Source: Bilabrum cf. latius
Lineage: Eukaryota
Assembly: GCA_965178125.1 (NCBI GenBank)
Contig: OZ237752.1
Coordinates: 1 to 64,000, forward strand
Direction of reading: 5' to 3'
Length of the DNA stretch: 64,000 nt
The position numbers and the translations under genes were made by a program. Under the pieces are notes generated by a model. It ran no database searches and was not told the origin of the DNA. It saw only the letters and a list, made by a program, of their open reading frames with translations. Of this stretch, positions 37,088 through 48,443 are shown piece after piece (position 1 is the first letter of the stretch; the number at the start of each line of letters is the position of its first letter).

Positions 37088-38826
37088 TCACTTCCCGCTG
37101 CCGCTGCTCGCAGCCGCACCTTCGCCTTCCCCTCCACTAGCACCTGCTGCGGTCTTGCTCTCCACCCCAGCCCTGCCCTTGCCATCCCCCCCGGCGCCCT
37201 TCTGCATGGTTGCAATGGCCCCCATCATCCCCCCGCCCTCGCCCAGGTCGGCCCCCAGCGCCCGCGCCACCTGCTCCATGTCCTTGTCCCCGCGCCCGCA
37301 CATGTTCACCAGCACCCTCTTCCCCGGGCCCAGCTCCTTGGCAAGCAGCATGGCGTGCGCGATGGCATGGGATGGCTCCAGCGCGGGGATGATGCCCTCG
37401 CACTTGGACAGGGCCTGCAGCGCGCCGAGGGCCTCCTTGTCCGTCACAGACACGTACTCGGCCCGCCCAATGTCCTTCAGGAACGAGTGCTCGGGGCCCA
37501 CGCCGGGGTAGTCCAGCCCCGCGCTGATGCTGTGCGTCTCCGTGATCTGCCCGTCGCCGTCCTGCAGCAGGTAGGTCCTCGTGCCGTGCAGCACCCCGGG
37601 GGACCCAGCCGACAGCGTGCTCGAGTGCTTGCCCGTGCCCACCCCATCCCCGCCCGCCTCCACGCCCACGAGGCGCACCTCCTTGTCCCCCACGAAGCCC
37701 TCGAACATCCCGATGGCGTTGCTGCCGCCCCCCACGCACGCCACCACCGCGTCCGGAAGCACCCCTGCCTGCTTGAGCATCTGTGCCCTGGCCTCCCTCC
37801 CGATCACCGACTGCAGGTCACGCACGATGGAGGGGAAGGGGTGCGGCCCGATGGCCGACCCGATGATGTAGTGCGTGGTCTCCACGTTCGTCACCCAGTC
37901 CCGCAGCGCCTCGTTGATTGCGTCCTTGAGCGTGCGGCTGCCCGACTCGACCCCCACCACGCTGGCGCCCAGCATGCGCATGCGGAACACGTTGAGCGCC
38001 TGTCTCTGCATGTCCTCCGCCCCCATGTACACGGTGCAGTCCAGGTCCAGCAGGGCGCAGGCAGTGGCGGTGGCCACGCCGTGCTGGCCTGCCCCCGTCT
38101 CGGCGATGATGCGGCGCTTGCCGATGCGCTTGGCCAGCAGCCCCTGCCCCAGGGCGTTGTTGATCTTGTGCGCCCCCGTGTGCGCGAGCTCTTCCCGCTT
38201 CAACCAGATCTCCGCGCCGCCGACCTGGTCGGAGAACCGCCTAGCCAGGTACATGGGAGTGGGGCTGCGAGGGGGGCGGGAGAGGAGATGGCAATGGGTG
38301 GGGGTGGCGGAGCAGTTACACGCTTCAAGCTACTCAAACACTCTCAAGAGATAGCGATAGCCACCAGGTTCGCATGACAAAACCGGCAAGCATCGGATGA
38401 CGGGGCGCTGTTGTGGCGCCGTAGCCGTGACGTACCCGCCTCCACTGAGTTTCGTACCGCCGGCACAGTCAATGGCGCGGCATCTCACCGTCCAATGTAA
38501 TCGCGCCCAAGAGTCTCGAACTCTTCGCGAAACTTCGGGTCCTTGCTAGCTTCCACGTACAGCGTTTCTAGCTGTTCGTGGGCCCGCATCAGTGTCTCGG
38601 GGATGAATCGCCCGCCAAAGTCGCCGAAGCGAGATTTGAGAGCCGCTTCATCCTCATAGATAGGCGGCGCATTAGTGATTTCCAACACAGGGTTGTCGAT
38701 GTGAACAACCTTGTAGCGCTCCGTGCCGGCGTCGATGGCGGCCTGCGTTTCAGCAGTCAGAGGAACATCCTTTGTGACCGCGATTGGTGCCGACGAGACC
38801 TTTGACTCTTCCGAACTAGCTGACAT
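37088..38826 (-). CDS. trpB: Tryptophan synthase beta chain (stand-alone)
   Basis: [70 protein letters not shown]. Intron 38265-38488. Ends TGA. Confidence 0.97.
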
Positions 38827-39022
38827 TTGTAATATTCGCGTGCAGATACAAGTAATAAGGGCAAAATGTCCTTCAAAAGGCCTCTAGAGTGCAAAGATCG
38901 ACCGGGCGCAACCTTTCCCGTGGTTGGACCCGGAGCGAAATATTTCATGGACTGTGCTGCCGCTACCGCAGGAAACACTGTGTCCCACGGTACCCCAACC
39001 AATTTCACGCGCTCACACTCCC

Positions 39023-41398
39023 TTACGCGTATTGTGGGGCCATGCTGGATGCATCTGCGCCCTGGATGGCAGCCTGCAGCGCCGCCTCGGCCCGCAGCCC
39101 CGGGTCCACGGTCACCTTCCTGAGCTTGTGCGCATCATTGTTGAGCCGCAGCGTGTAGGCCAGCTTGGCCAGGATCTGTCTCCGCTCGAAAGGGGAAGAT
39201 GCGATGTACCTCACGGTCACAGGCGCAGCCCCCGCCCTGGTGTCTTCCTGGAAGGAGATGGCGAAGGCCAGCTGCGACTCGAGAGGGGCCACCCCCGACG
39301 AGGACAGCCCTCCCGCGGGGGAGGCGGCCTAAGCAGCCGCCCTGGCCCGCGCCTCCAGGAGCGCCCGGGCAGCGGCCGCGGGTGGATCTGGCACGATGAC
39401 CCTGGCGATCTGGGTCACGAGCCTCTCCCTGTTCCTCGTGGAGGAGGAGCCCATCCTCGACTTGGACGGGTCTTTCTCGTTCGTGACTCGCAACAGGTCC
39501 AGCCCAAGCAGACGCTCCTGCCTGCGCCCGAACGCGTTCACCTTCAGCACCCTCCACTCCTGGAACCGACTCGCCGTCACGATGTCGAAGGCCAGCTCCC
39601 GCTCCCTCTCCTCCTCCTCCTCCTCGCCGCCGTCCTCGCCGCCCCCGACCCCTCCTCCAGAGTCAGCCCCGGGGCCCTTGCCCGCCCGTGCACCAGACCC
39701 GCCCTCCCCGCCGCTGGAGCTTGCGCCACCGTGCGCTGCACCCGCACCGCCCGCCCCCGCGCTCGCCCTGCTCCCCCGCTTGCCCTGACCCAGCGCCTCC
39801 GCCACTGCCTCTGCCGCCCTCGTTGCTGTGATGGCGGCCGAGGCAGCGGGCACCCCCGGCGCGTCCTGAAAGGCCCTCCGCCGCAGACCCACCTGCGCGA
39901 CCCCCCGCCGGAGCAGCGACTCGGCCAGCACGTCGGGGCCCAGCGAGCGCGAGGGCGTCCTCAGCACCGCCTGGTCAGCCTCGGTCAGCCTGAGCTCGTA
40001 CGTTGCCCGGAACAGCGACAGCTTCAGCTGCGCCGCCAGCGCCTCGAGGAGGCCCCTCACCGTCGTACCCCGCAGCACGGCCACGGGCAGCTGCACGCCA
40101 GAGGGCGCCCCGCCCGCCGTGGACTGCCTCCGCCGCACCAGCGCACCCGGACCACCCGCGCCCGGCCCCTCCATCGCCTCCGCCGCCCTGGCCGCCGCCT
40201 GGATGGCCTCGTCCCCCGCGATGGACCGGGGAACAACCACCTGGAGGGTGCCCACGAACAGGGGCACGGGGGGCGACCGGCCCGAGCCAGTCGAGGCCCG
40301 CCCCGCGCTCCCGTGCCCGGACCCCCGGGGACTGCCTGCCCCGTCCGTCCCCGCACCGGCTCCTCCATCCGCCCCGCCGGCATAGGCCGCCGCTGCCGCC
40401 GCGATCCTGGCCTGCTTGGCTGCCTGCGCCCTCCTCGCCTCGAAGGCCGCCAGCGCCCCGTCGATCTCCACCAGGCAGTACTCGTTCCCTCCCACGCCCG
40501 AGGAGGAGAAGTGGCGCATGCGGCGGTCCCTCTCCAGCGCTGGGAAATCCAGGTCCGGCTCCCCACCGTGCTCGTGCATCCGAAGCTCGTAGCACCACGC
40601 GTCCCCGGGGAGCACGATGGGGGGGGGACCCCCACTCGGGGGACCGACCCCCTGGGTGGACGGGGCCACACCCGCCCCCTCCTTTCCTCCCCGCGGCCCC
40701 GCCCCGTCCCCGTGGGTTCCCGCACCGGCCACCCCCTGCCCCGGCCCGCCCGCCCCTGCCCCTGTCCCTGTCCCTGCTCCCACTCCCGACTGCCCCTGCC
40801 CCTGCCGGTCCCTCCTCGCCGTCCGCAGCACCTCGTCGATGCAGTCGTGAACCGTGGCGCGCTCCCTGACTCGAACCCGCAGAGGGAATCGGTCGGGCAA
40901 AAACACGGTCAAAAAGACCGAGGGAGCCAGGTTGCGCTGCAGCAGGCTGCGCTGGGAGCCGGCGGCAGCGTCCGAGGACGGTGCGCCTGACGGGGTAGCT
41001 CCGCCTGAAGCCGTAGGGTCGGTTCCGCCTGCTGTGCCGACGCGTTCCTTTGATAGTGCCAATCGGGGCGGGACGCTCTTCGTGGATCCACCGACGTGAT
41101 TCTTTGGTTCGCTTGCCGGCCGCTCTACGTCGGCTTTTGGGACGGTTGCTGGTGATTCTGTCTTCCTGTCACCGGCGGCGCCCCGCTGCCAGCGTTCGCT
41201 GCAGCGAATAGCGTCTAAATCTCGCACATACCCTTGTCGCGATACTGTCGTTGGCATCACGTGGTCGGCATAGGCCCCGGCGTGCGGAATATCACCAAAG
41301 AGAAGCATCTCCTCTGGAGAGGGGAGCGACTGGTGATAGCGCCCAGTCTGCATGAAACCTAATATGGAATCTAGCTCATATCTTGAAGAAAAATTCAT
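39023..41398 (-). CDS. SIN1: TORC2 subunit SIN1/Avo1-like (CRIM + PH)
   Basis: CRIM-like YELRMHEHGGEPDLDFPALER and PH-like FQEWRVLKVNAFGRRQERLLGLD. The PH domain end (FAISFQED...RYIA...ILAKL) lies past the TAG at 39329. Ends TAA. Confidence 0.8.
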
Positions 41399-41523
41399 CG
41401 CGGATGGCTGCTGTTGGAAGCGAAAATTATAGCCTGGAAAAAAACATCACGCTATAATGCAGAATCGTGATTATCAAGAATGCGTGTGTGTACTTGGCTC
41501 AGTCCTTACACGCAAGCTTAAGC

Positions 41524-42347
41524 ATGGCATCTGCTAGCGCCGCTGGTGAAGATATGATCACACTTGTCAGCTAGGTAAGCAACCTGCAACGGCTCCCAAT
41601 CCCCCTTGGAAGACAGCCTTGTTGCGACGCTCACTCCGTGGTGGCGATCGATACCGATTGTGCTGGTTCGCAGGAAGGAGAAAACTTCGAGATCCCTAGA
41701 TCTGTCGGGAGCATGTCTGTGTTGATTTCCACCATGACAGAGGACGGAGGTAAGCCTGCGGAGTTCAGCGGAGCACGCACGGTCAAACAGATGCGAGCAG
41801 GCTGCCTGCTTCTTGCGATTTGAAATGCAATCGCATCGCCGTGGCATGCAAATTTCTGCTCTCATTCTTGTTGCAGATGATGAGGAAGAGGTGCCTCTGA
41901 TGGAGGTGAAGAAGGACATCCTGGCCAAGGTAATCGAATACATGACGCATTACAAGGATCAGAAGCCTGCCGAAATCGAGAAGGTGGGTCCAAACAAACC
42001 GTCGTATTTCTTTTCAAGTATGTGACCATCAGCTGAAGCGTTGTCAATGTGCTACCACCTGTTCGTCCGCCTCGCAGCCGCTCAAGAGCAGCAACCTGGC
42101 ATCGGTGGTGGGCGAGTGGGACGCAAACTTTGTCGACCTGCCGCAGGAGACCCTGTTTGAGCTTATTTTGGCAGCCAACTACATGGATATCAAGCCGCTC
42201 CTGGATTTGGCCTGTGCCAAGGTAGCATCGATGATCAAGGGCAAGAAGCCCGAGGAGATTAGGAAGACGTTCAACATTGTGAACGATTTCACGCCCGAGG
42301 AGGAAAGGCAGGTCCGAGAGGAGAACAAGTGGGCTGAGGATGCCTGA
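41524..42347 (+). CDS. SKP1: SKP1
   Basis: ITLVS[TAG]EGENFEI...VPLMEV...ILAKVIEY...[21 protein letters not shown]...[16 protein letters not shown]. Introns 41575-41673, 41750-41876 and 41984-42077. Ends TGA. Confidence 0.97.
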
Positions 42348-42514
42348 GAAGCATACATTCCAACTTTGATAAACTGCCCACACACTCTAAAAACAAAGCA
42401 AAGTCTGTCGAGCGTGAAATTTCGAATTTACTGCACTGTGGTGCAGCTCAGGTCCGTTTTAGTGGACTCATTTGGACTTCGTTTGCTCGCTCTAATGCTG
42501 ACCTACAGCTGATT

Positions 42515-44605
42515 ATGGAGTGCCCGCAAGTAGTACTCTTGATTGATACCCGAGAAGTGATCCGAAAGTCGTCTCGAAATCTCTTTCACCTCAAACTACG
42601 TGACAGCGGCGTCGAGGCCGAGACTAGGCAGCTTGCTCTCGGTGACTTCTAGTGGGTGGTGCGGTGCCGCGAGAAACGTTCAGAACCTATAGTTGAGTAT
42701 GTTACAGATTTTATAGTGGAGCGCAAGACCGTGAATGATTTGGAGGGATCAATTGTAGACGGCAGGTATGAGGAGCAGAAAGTAAGGCTGCGGGCGTGCC
42801 CCTGTCGCAAGGTCATGTACCTCGTAGAGGGCAACCTCACTGCAAGACGTCTAGGCAAAGACGCTATCGAATCGGCTCTGGCATCAACGGTGGGTATAAG
42901 CGGCTTGCACGTGCGCCACGCCGACTCAACGGATGACGCAATTCGACTCCTCGCCTCGATGCATCGCGCGATCCGGGGCGAGGTGCTCCGGCAGTGGGCA
43001 GAGACAGTCGGGAGCGAACCCGCCTCCATTCCAGCGACAGCCAGCAGCAGCAGCAGCAGCAGCAGCCGCCCCACGCCCTGGTCCATGTCTGCCCCTCGCT
43101 CAGGAGACGGCTGGTCCCGCTGGACCCGATGGCTCCGGGGCTGGCTCCCCCCGCTGCCACTGCCACTGGCATCTCCCTCTCTTGCACCCGCTCCTGGCTC
43201 TGCCCCTGGCCCAATGCACTACGCAGCCTTCGCGCGGGAGTACTCGCGGGGCTCCTCCCGGCGCTCCCTGCTGCAGTGCTGGGCCGCCATGCTGCGGCAG
43301 GTCCCCGGCTGCAGTGCTCCCCGTGCCCAGGCAGTGCTGGCCAGGTGGGCCACTCCCAGGGCGCTTCTCCGGCGGGTTCAACAGGTCGGTAGCGAGGAGT
43401 TCGCCACGGAGGTGCAGGCCCTGCAGTCGGAGGGCAAGGCGGGGAGAAGGCGGCTGGGGCCTGCGCTGGCCCGTGCCCTGGTGGCAGCTGTAGGGCACTG
43501 CGAGGCGGCTCCTTGCAGCCACGGCAGTGAGGGCTCGTCCTCGTTCTAGTCGTCCTCATCCTCTCAGCCGTCATTGACACCCGCGGGTGGCAAATTTTCA
43601 GCACCGCATGCACCCGGCCACGCAACGCCTGATGCACCCATCAGCCCAGCCAGTAACAGCAGTCAATGCAGTAGGAGCGACAGCGATGAAGACGAGTGCA
43701 GTGCCGAGAGCGCGGGCAGCTTCAGCGGTGCACACGCCCCTTTGCGGTAGAGGCTTCTGCACCGCCGAAAGCCCCAGCAGGCCAAACGCCAGGCAGGGGG
43801 CGAGCCGTCTCAGTCTCCTTCCAAGCGTCCTGCTGGCAGCTCGGAGGGCCCTGCAATGAAGGCAAGGCGGCCTGGGCCACCACCTCTGTCGCCTCCCCTG
43901 CTATCGAGTGGGTCATAGGAGACTGCCGCCAGCAGCAGCAGCAGCAGTAGTAGCAGCAGCAGCGAATTGGATGACTCCGGTATGCGCATCCCAGGCGAGG
44001 GTGACACGAATGCGAGGTCACCGATGGCCGCCTATGGCCAAGGAACAGGCATGGTGGTGGACCTGTGTTCCCCAGATAGCATGCCCCCGAGCGGCTCCAT
44101 GTCCAGGTCGAGGAAGAGGCACAGACCGCAGGGCGGGAACAGCCACAGGCACAACAGCGCCACCGCTGGGTCTATGCGGAGCCCGCCGTTCGAGCAGATG
44201 CACCCATCCGGACAGGCGAGGCCAAGCAGGGGTCAATCCTCGCGGCATTCCAAGCGCAGGCGAACTAGTGATGGCCCCTCCTCGCCCCTGGGCTCCCCCT
44301 CTGCCGGGGCGGAGATCGAGATCGACCTGTGCACGCCCAGCACGCGAGCCAGCACGCGAGGCACGGCCACCACCGGGAGGGCATCCATGCCCATTGCATC
44401 CGGTGGCAGGGGGTCAGCGAAGAGCATCCCCGCGAGGAGCACCGGTCGCAGGCCGGGCGCATCAGGCCGCACAGGGGCAGCGGGGCCCGGCAGCACTCGT
44501 GCCCACACCAGTGAAAACTCACCGGCCCTGGCCCGAAAGGTCTAGTTCGGAGACGGGGAGGCGGGCAGTCCGGGAGAGCCCCAGCGCTCCCCTCACGGCG
44601 TGTAA
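42515..44605 (+). CDS. MUS81: MUS81-like ERCC4 endonuclease with a long disordered tail
   Basis: LLIDTRE, LALGDF[TAG]W, IVERKTVNDLEGSIVDGRYEEQKVRL, YLVEG, then HhH-like MLRQVPGCS...LGPALA. TAG at 42650, 43547, 43748, 43916 and 44543. Ends TAA. Confidence 0.85.
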
Positions 44606-44667
44606 TCCCAAGCTGCCTGCAACTCGAAAACAGCCACATGCACTCACGCTCATCACACAGCAAGCAG

Positions 44668-46797
44668 TCAGCTCACCACGCAGCAGCACCGCCCACCCCC
44701 AGCCGCAGCTGGACCTGCCTCGGTTCCTCCGTCCCGTGCAGGCGACACGTGCATCGCCGCGGGCCGCCCGCCGTCGGACTACGCCTGGGAGGACGCTTCC
44801 GGTTTCCCAGCCTGTCCCTACCCAGCCGCGAGCGCTCTCCCATTACCCCCATCACCCCCATCGCCCTCGCGCTCGCAGTGCACGGCCACTCCGCTGCTGG
44901 AAGCCACCGACTGCCGAGATGCCCCTGGGTTGCCACCTCCCAGGCCATGCCCCCCAGCTCCGCCTCCCGTTTTCGCACCCGACCCAACTCCCGCGCCCTC
45001 CTTGGCCTGCAGAGCGGCCCGCAGGCCAGACACACTGCTTGTCCCCCTCACTGGGAGGGACAGCGACATGGGCTCGGCCCAGCCCTCCATGCCGTCATCC
45101 TCGTCCTCGTCCTCGCTCGCCCCCTCCCCGCCCCAGCCCATCAGCTTGCGGTGCATGCGGTCCTGCTTGTGGTCGCCACTCCCACTCCCACTCCCGTGCC
45201 CGTCCTCCGTGCTGCCTGCACTGCACGCGCCCGAAGAGCCGCCATCGGACTATGACCCGTCGCTGTCCCCGTCCTCGCCCGGCATGCCCTCCCACTCGTC
45301 ATCCACATCCAGCCAGTCGGGGTTCAGCGCCTGCCGCCGCTCCGCCAGCGCCTGCAAGTTGCCCATCAGGCCGGACCGGGTCCCCCCTCCCGCACGGTCA
45401 ACGCCCGCCAGCGGACTCCCGTTGCTCCCCGCCGCCAGCCGAGCCATGAGCGCCAGACCCACTGGTGCGCTCTCCGTGGGACGATGCCCCGGCCCCGGGC
45501 CCATCCACTCGTCCCCGCCAGGGCCGGGGGCCCCCTCCACCTCTGCGGGGTCGAATGGACCCCAGTCCACCGGTGGAGCGGGCGACTCGCAAGCCGGCGC
45601 AACATCCACCACACCCCCAGCTACCCGTCCGGCTTCTCCAGCCCCGGCTCGGGCGACCTTCAGCCAGCCGAGCTCCTCCAGCGCGGGGCGCAGGGACAGG
45701 CGCTTGGCGGTTTCGGCTGAGAGCCCCGGGAGCCCCCTGGCTCCGTGACCACCGTGACCCCGCAGCGGGGACACGCTCGCGCTGCGACCCCCTCGCTGCA
45801 CCAAGCCCCCCGACACCCCGCTGGGGTCAGACAGGGCCCGCAGCGCGGAAGACGCCCGGCTGTCTCCCACCCGATCACCAGCACCCAACCCCAACCCCGC
45901 CCCGTCACCGTCCCCATCATGGGGGGGGGCCATTGCAAGGTGTGCCTCCGCCGCTGCCTGTGAGCTGGGGGGAGGGGACCGCTGGGGACCTGCGCTGGTG
46001 GCCCGTATCCCCTGGCTGGCGGCGCCGCGCGGCAGTCGAGGCCCGTTCGGAGTGAGCTGCACCCCGGCTGCCTCTGCCAGCGCCCACGCCCACCGAGAGG
46101 CGAGGGCGAGGGCCGCCTTGTCGGACGAGTCGGCGGGGGCGCCGGGGCTGCGCTGGGCGGACTCGTGCGTGCTGGATGCAGCACTAGAACTTGATTCCTG
46201 GTCGCTCGGCTTGTAAAATACGGCGCAAGACGGAAGGACCGACGGAAGGCTGGGCGGCGCGCGATGTGCGGCGCCAGCTCCCAACCTGCGGCTCTACCCC
46301 GCCGCGCCACCGATTTTATCGCCTGTTACATGAACGCTCGCACTCTTGCTTGTTTTTAATCCAACTGCGTTCTGCCCTGCCACTTGCCCCCTAGGGGAGC
46401 GCGTGCGACGCATGGCAGCAACCGCTTCAGCGAATTCGGCAGCTGCGAGACAAACTCTTAGTTTGCTGAACCGCAGAAACAGGAATCGCGTGGGCCCAGG
46501 TACACCAACTGCTGAATCAGACGAATGTGAGCCCAAGCTTCCGACTGCGGTAGACTGTATCCTCAAAGTCTGCAGCATAAGCATGTGCAAGCTGCGCAGC
46601 AGCGGGCCAACCATCCTAGGGTGCTGGACGGCATCCGCAGGCTCGCTACTGAGCTTAGCGGTTCGAAGAACTATTCCAGTTGGGCTCAATAACAATGCGC
46701 CTGTCAAGGTTGGCAGGGCAGCCAGTCGTCTTGACCCAGTCGCAGCCTCCGTTTCGCGCTTGCTGACATTGGCATTTTCAGATGATAGCGAGGACAT
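44668..46797 (-). CDS. Hypothetical protein (about 709 aa) with a C-terminal CaaX motif (CCCVVS)
   Basis: Three listed ORFs share one frame and are joined by TAG at 46294, 45250, 44818 and 44779. Ends RCCCVVS-TGA. Confidence 0.6.
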
Positions 46798-47085
46798 GCG
46801 CAAGCCAGGAGATCAAATAAGTATATTAAGTATAAAAAGGGCCAAAGTATGGTACCCCCGCCGCAAAACCTGAGCTGTGAGCTACAGTGGATTGTGGACA
46901 CGGATGATTCGTTGGCCGCGCAAATTCGAGCTGCGGAACCAGAAGCCGAGGAGCACCACAAGGTGCATCATGTCTCTGGCTGCATGCATGTCGCACTCAT
47001 GTATTGTGTGCCATGCTCGTCGATTAAGCGATAGACCAATTGGTTGCACCAAGTGTTTTGGACGAAAATCTCTCCCACCTACCAG

Positions 47086-48267
47086 TCAAAGCTCCTCGCT
47101 GCCTCGTGGGGTATCACCAGCGGGAACCTCTGCATCCCCGTCCCACAGGTCCTCCCACCGCTCTCCAAGCTCTTCCCTCACGTGTTGCTGCCCTCGGATG
47201 AGCCTCCACCCCTGGTCCAGCCCCCGCAAGCTCTCCATGTCCTCCTCGCCCAGCTCGAAGTCGAACACCCGCAGGTTCTCCTCGATCCTAGACGGGTTCA
47301 CGCTCTTGGGGATCGCAACTGTACCGTCCTGCACCGCCCACCGCAGCAACACCTACGCGGGAGACCTCCCGAGCCGAGCCGCGATGTCCTTGATCACGGG
47401 GTGGGCCATGGGCACCGGGTCCTCGTTCCTCTAGTGCCGTGATGGACGGTCCGGTGAGCCCAGGGGGGAATACCCCGTGAGCACGATGTTGTGCTCGTCG
47501 CAGAAAGCCTTGAGCGTGGGCTGCTGCAGGAAAGGGTGCCTCTCCACCTGGTTCACGGCGATGGGGGCAGTCAGTGGAGCGGTTCCTTCCTCCAGCATGC
47601 GGGCCCCCGCTCCCCACTCGTCCTCCTCGCGCGTGGGGGGCACGTCTGCATTGAACACATCCAGAAAGTGCTTCAACTTCTTGGTTGAGAAGTTGGACAC
47701 TCCCAAAAATCGGACCTTCCCATCGTTTACCAGCCTCTCCAGCTCCCGCCACACCGCGACGATCCTGTCCTTGTCGTAGCCAAGGGGAACTATCGAGCCA
47801 TCCTGCGACTTCTCCGCGGCACATGGCCAGTGCAAAAGGACCAAATCGACGTAGTCTAGCTGCAAATCTTGGAGCGAAGCCGTCACTGCCTCGTATACCC
47901 TCCCGACGTGCATGTCTGTTGGCATCACTTTGGTGGTCACCCACAGGTCTTTGCGCCCAACAGATCCGTTCACTGCTGATAGAGCGTCCCTGATTCCAGC
48001 GCCAACCTCCTCTTCGTTGCCGTACGCTCTGGCACAGTCGATGTGGCGATAGCCACTTAAGATGGCGTGCTTGACCGCCGCACGGACCTTCCCTGGCGCG
48101 CTCTGCCAGGTTCCTAGCCCAATGGCAGGCATCTTGATTGATCCTACAAGCCCGGAGTCGCTTTCAAACTGTTCCTCGAGCGGTGCCATAGTTTCGGCTG
48201 CAACTGCCACTTGGCAAGCTGGTAGGCAAATCGCGGCCATCACAGCCCACAGCGATAACGCTTGCAT
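47086..48267 (-). CDS. Aldo-keto reductase with signal-peptide-like N-terminus
   Basis: MPAIGLGTW, GYRHIDCA..YGNE, DLVLLHWP, LGVSNF, NQVERHP, YSPLGS, SPA[TAG]VLLRW, IPKS. TAG at 47431 and 47353. Ends TGA. Confidence 0.93.
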
Positions 48268-48443
48268 GGTGACGTAGTAAGAAGCCCAATTATTACTAAG
48301 TAGTACTGGCGGGCGATTCAGCAGAGGATCTGAACGGTCACAAGGCCCCGATTTAAACTCTATTCAATTCGTTGGATTGGATCGAAACGAGAAGAGAATG
48401 AGAACTAATAATCGCACGAATTGGACATGTGCTCGCGAATGAC

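Noticed and set aside
5438-42652. TAG = leucine: ABC SEGxVQ (5438), Rab SSLAxKF (30153) and Mus81 GDFxW (42650) fall where homologs often have Leu or another hydrophobic residue
   Set aside because: These columns are variable. Direct CAG/TAG swaps in paralogs and repeats, polyQ tracts, and the conserved AKR and Nup62 Gln all indicate Gln. A genome-wide test should still exclude ambiguous decoding.
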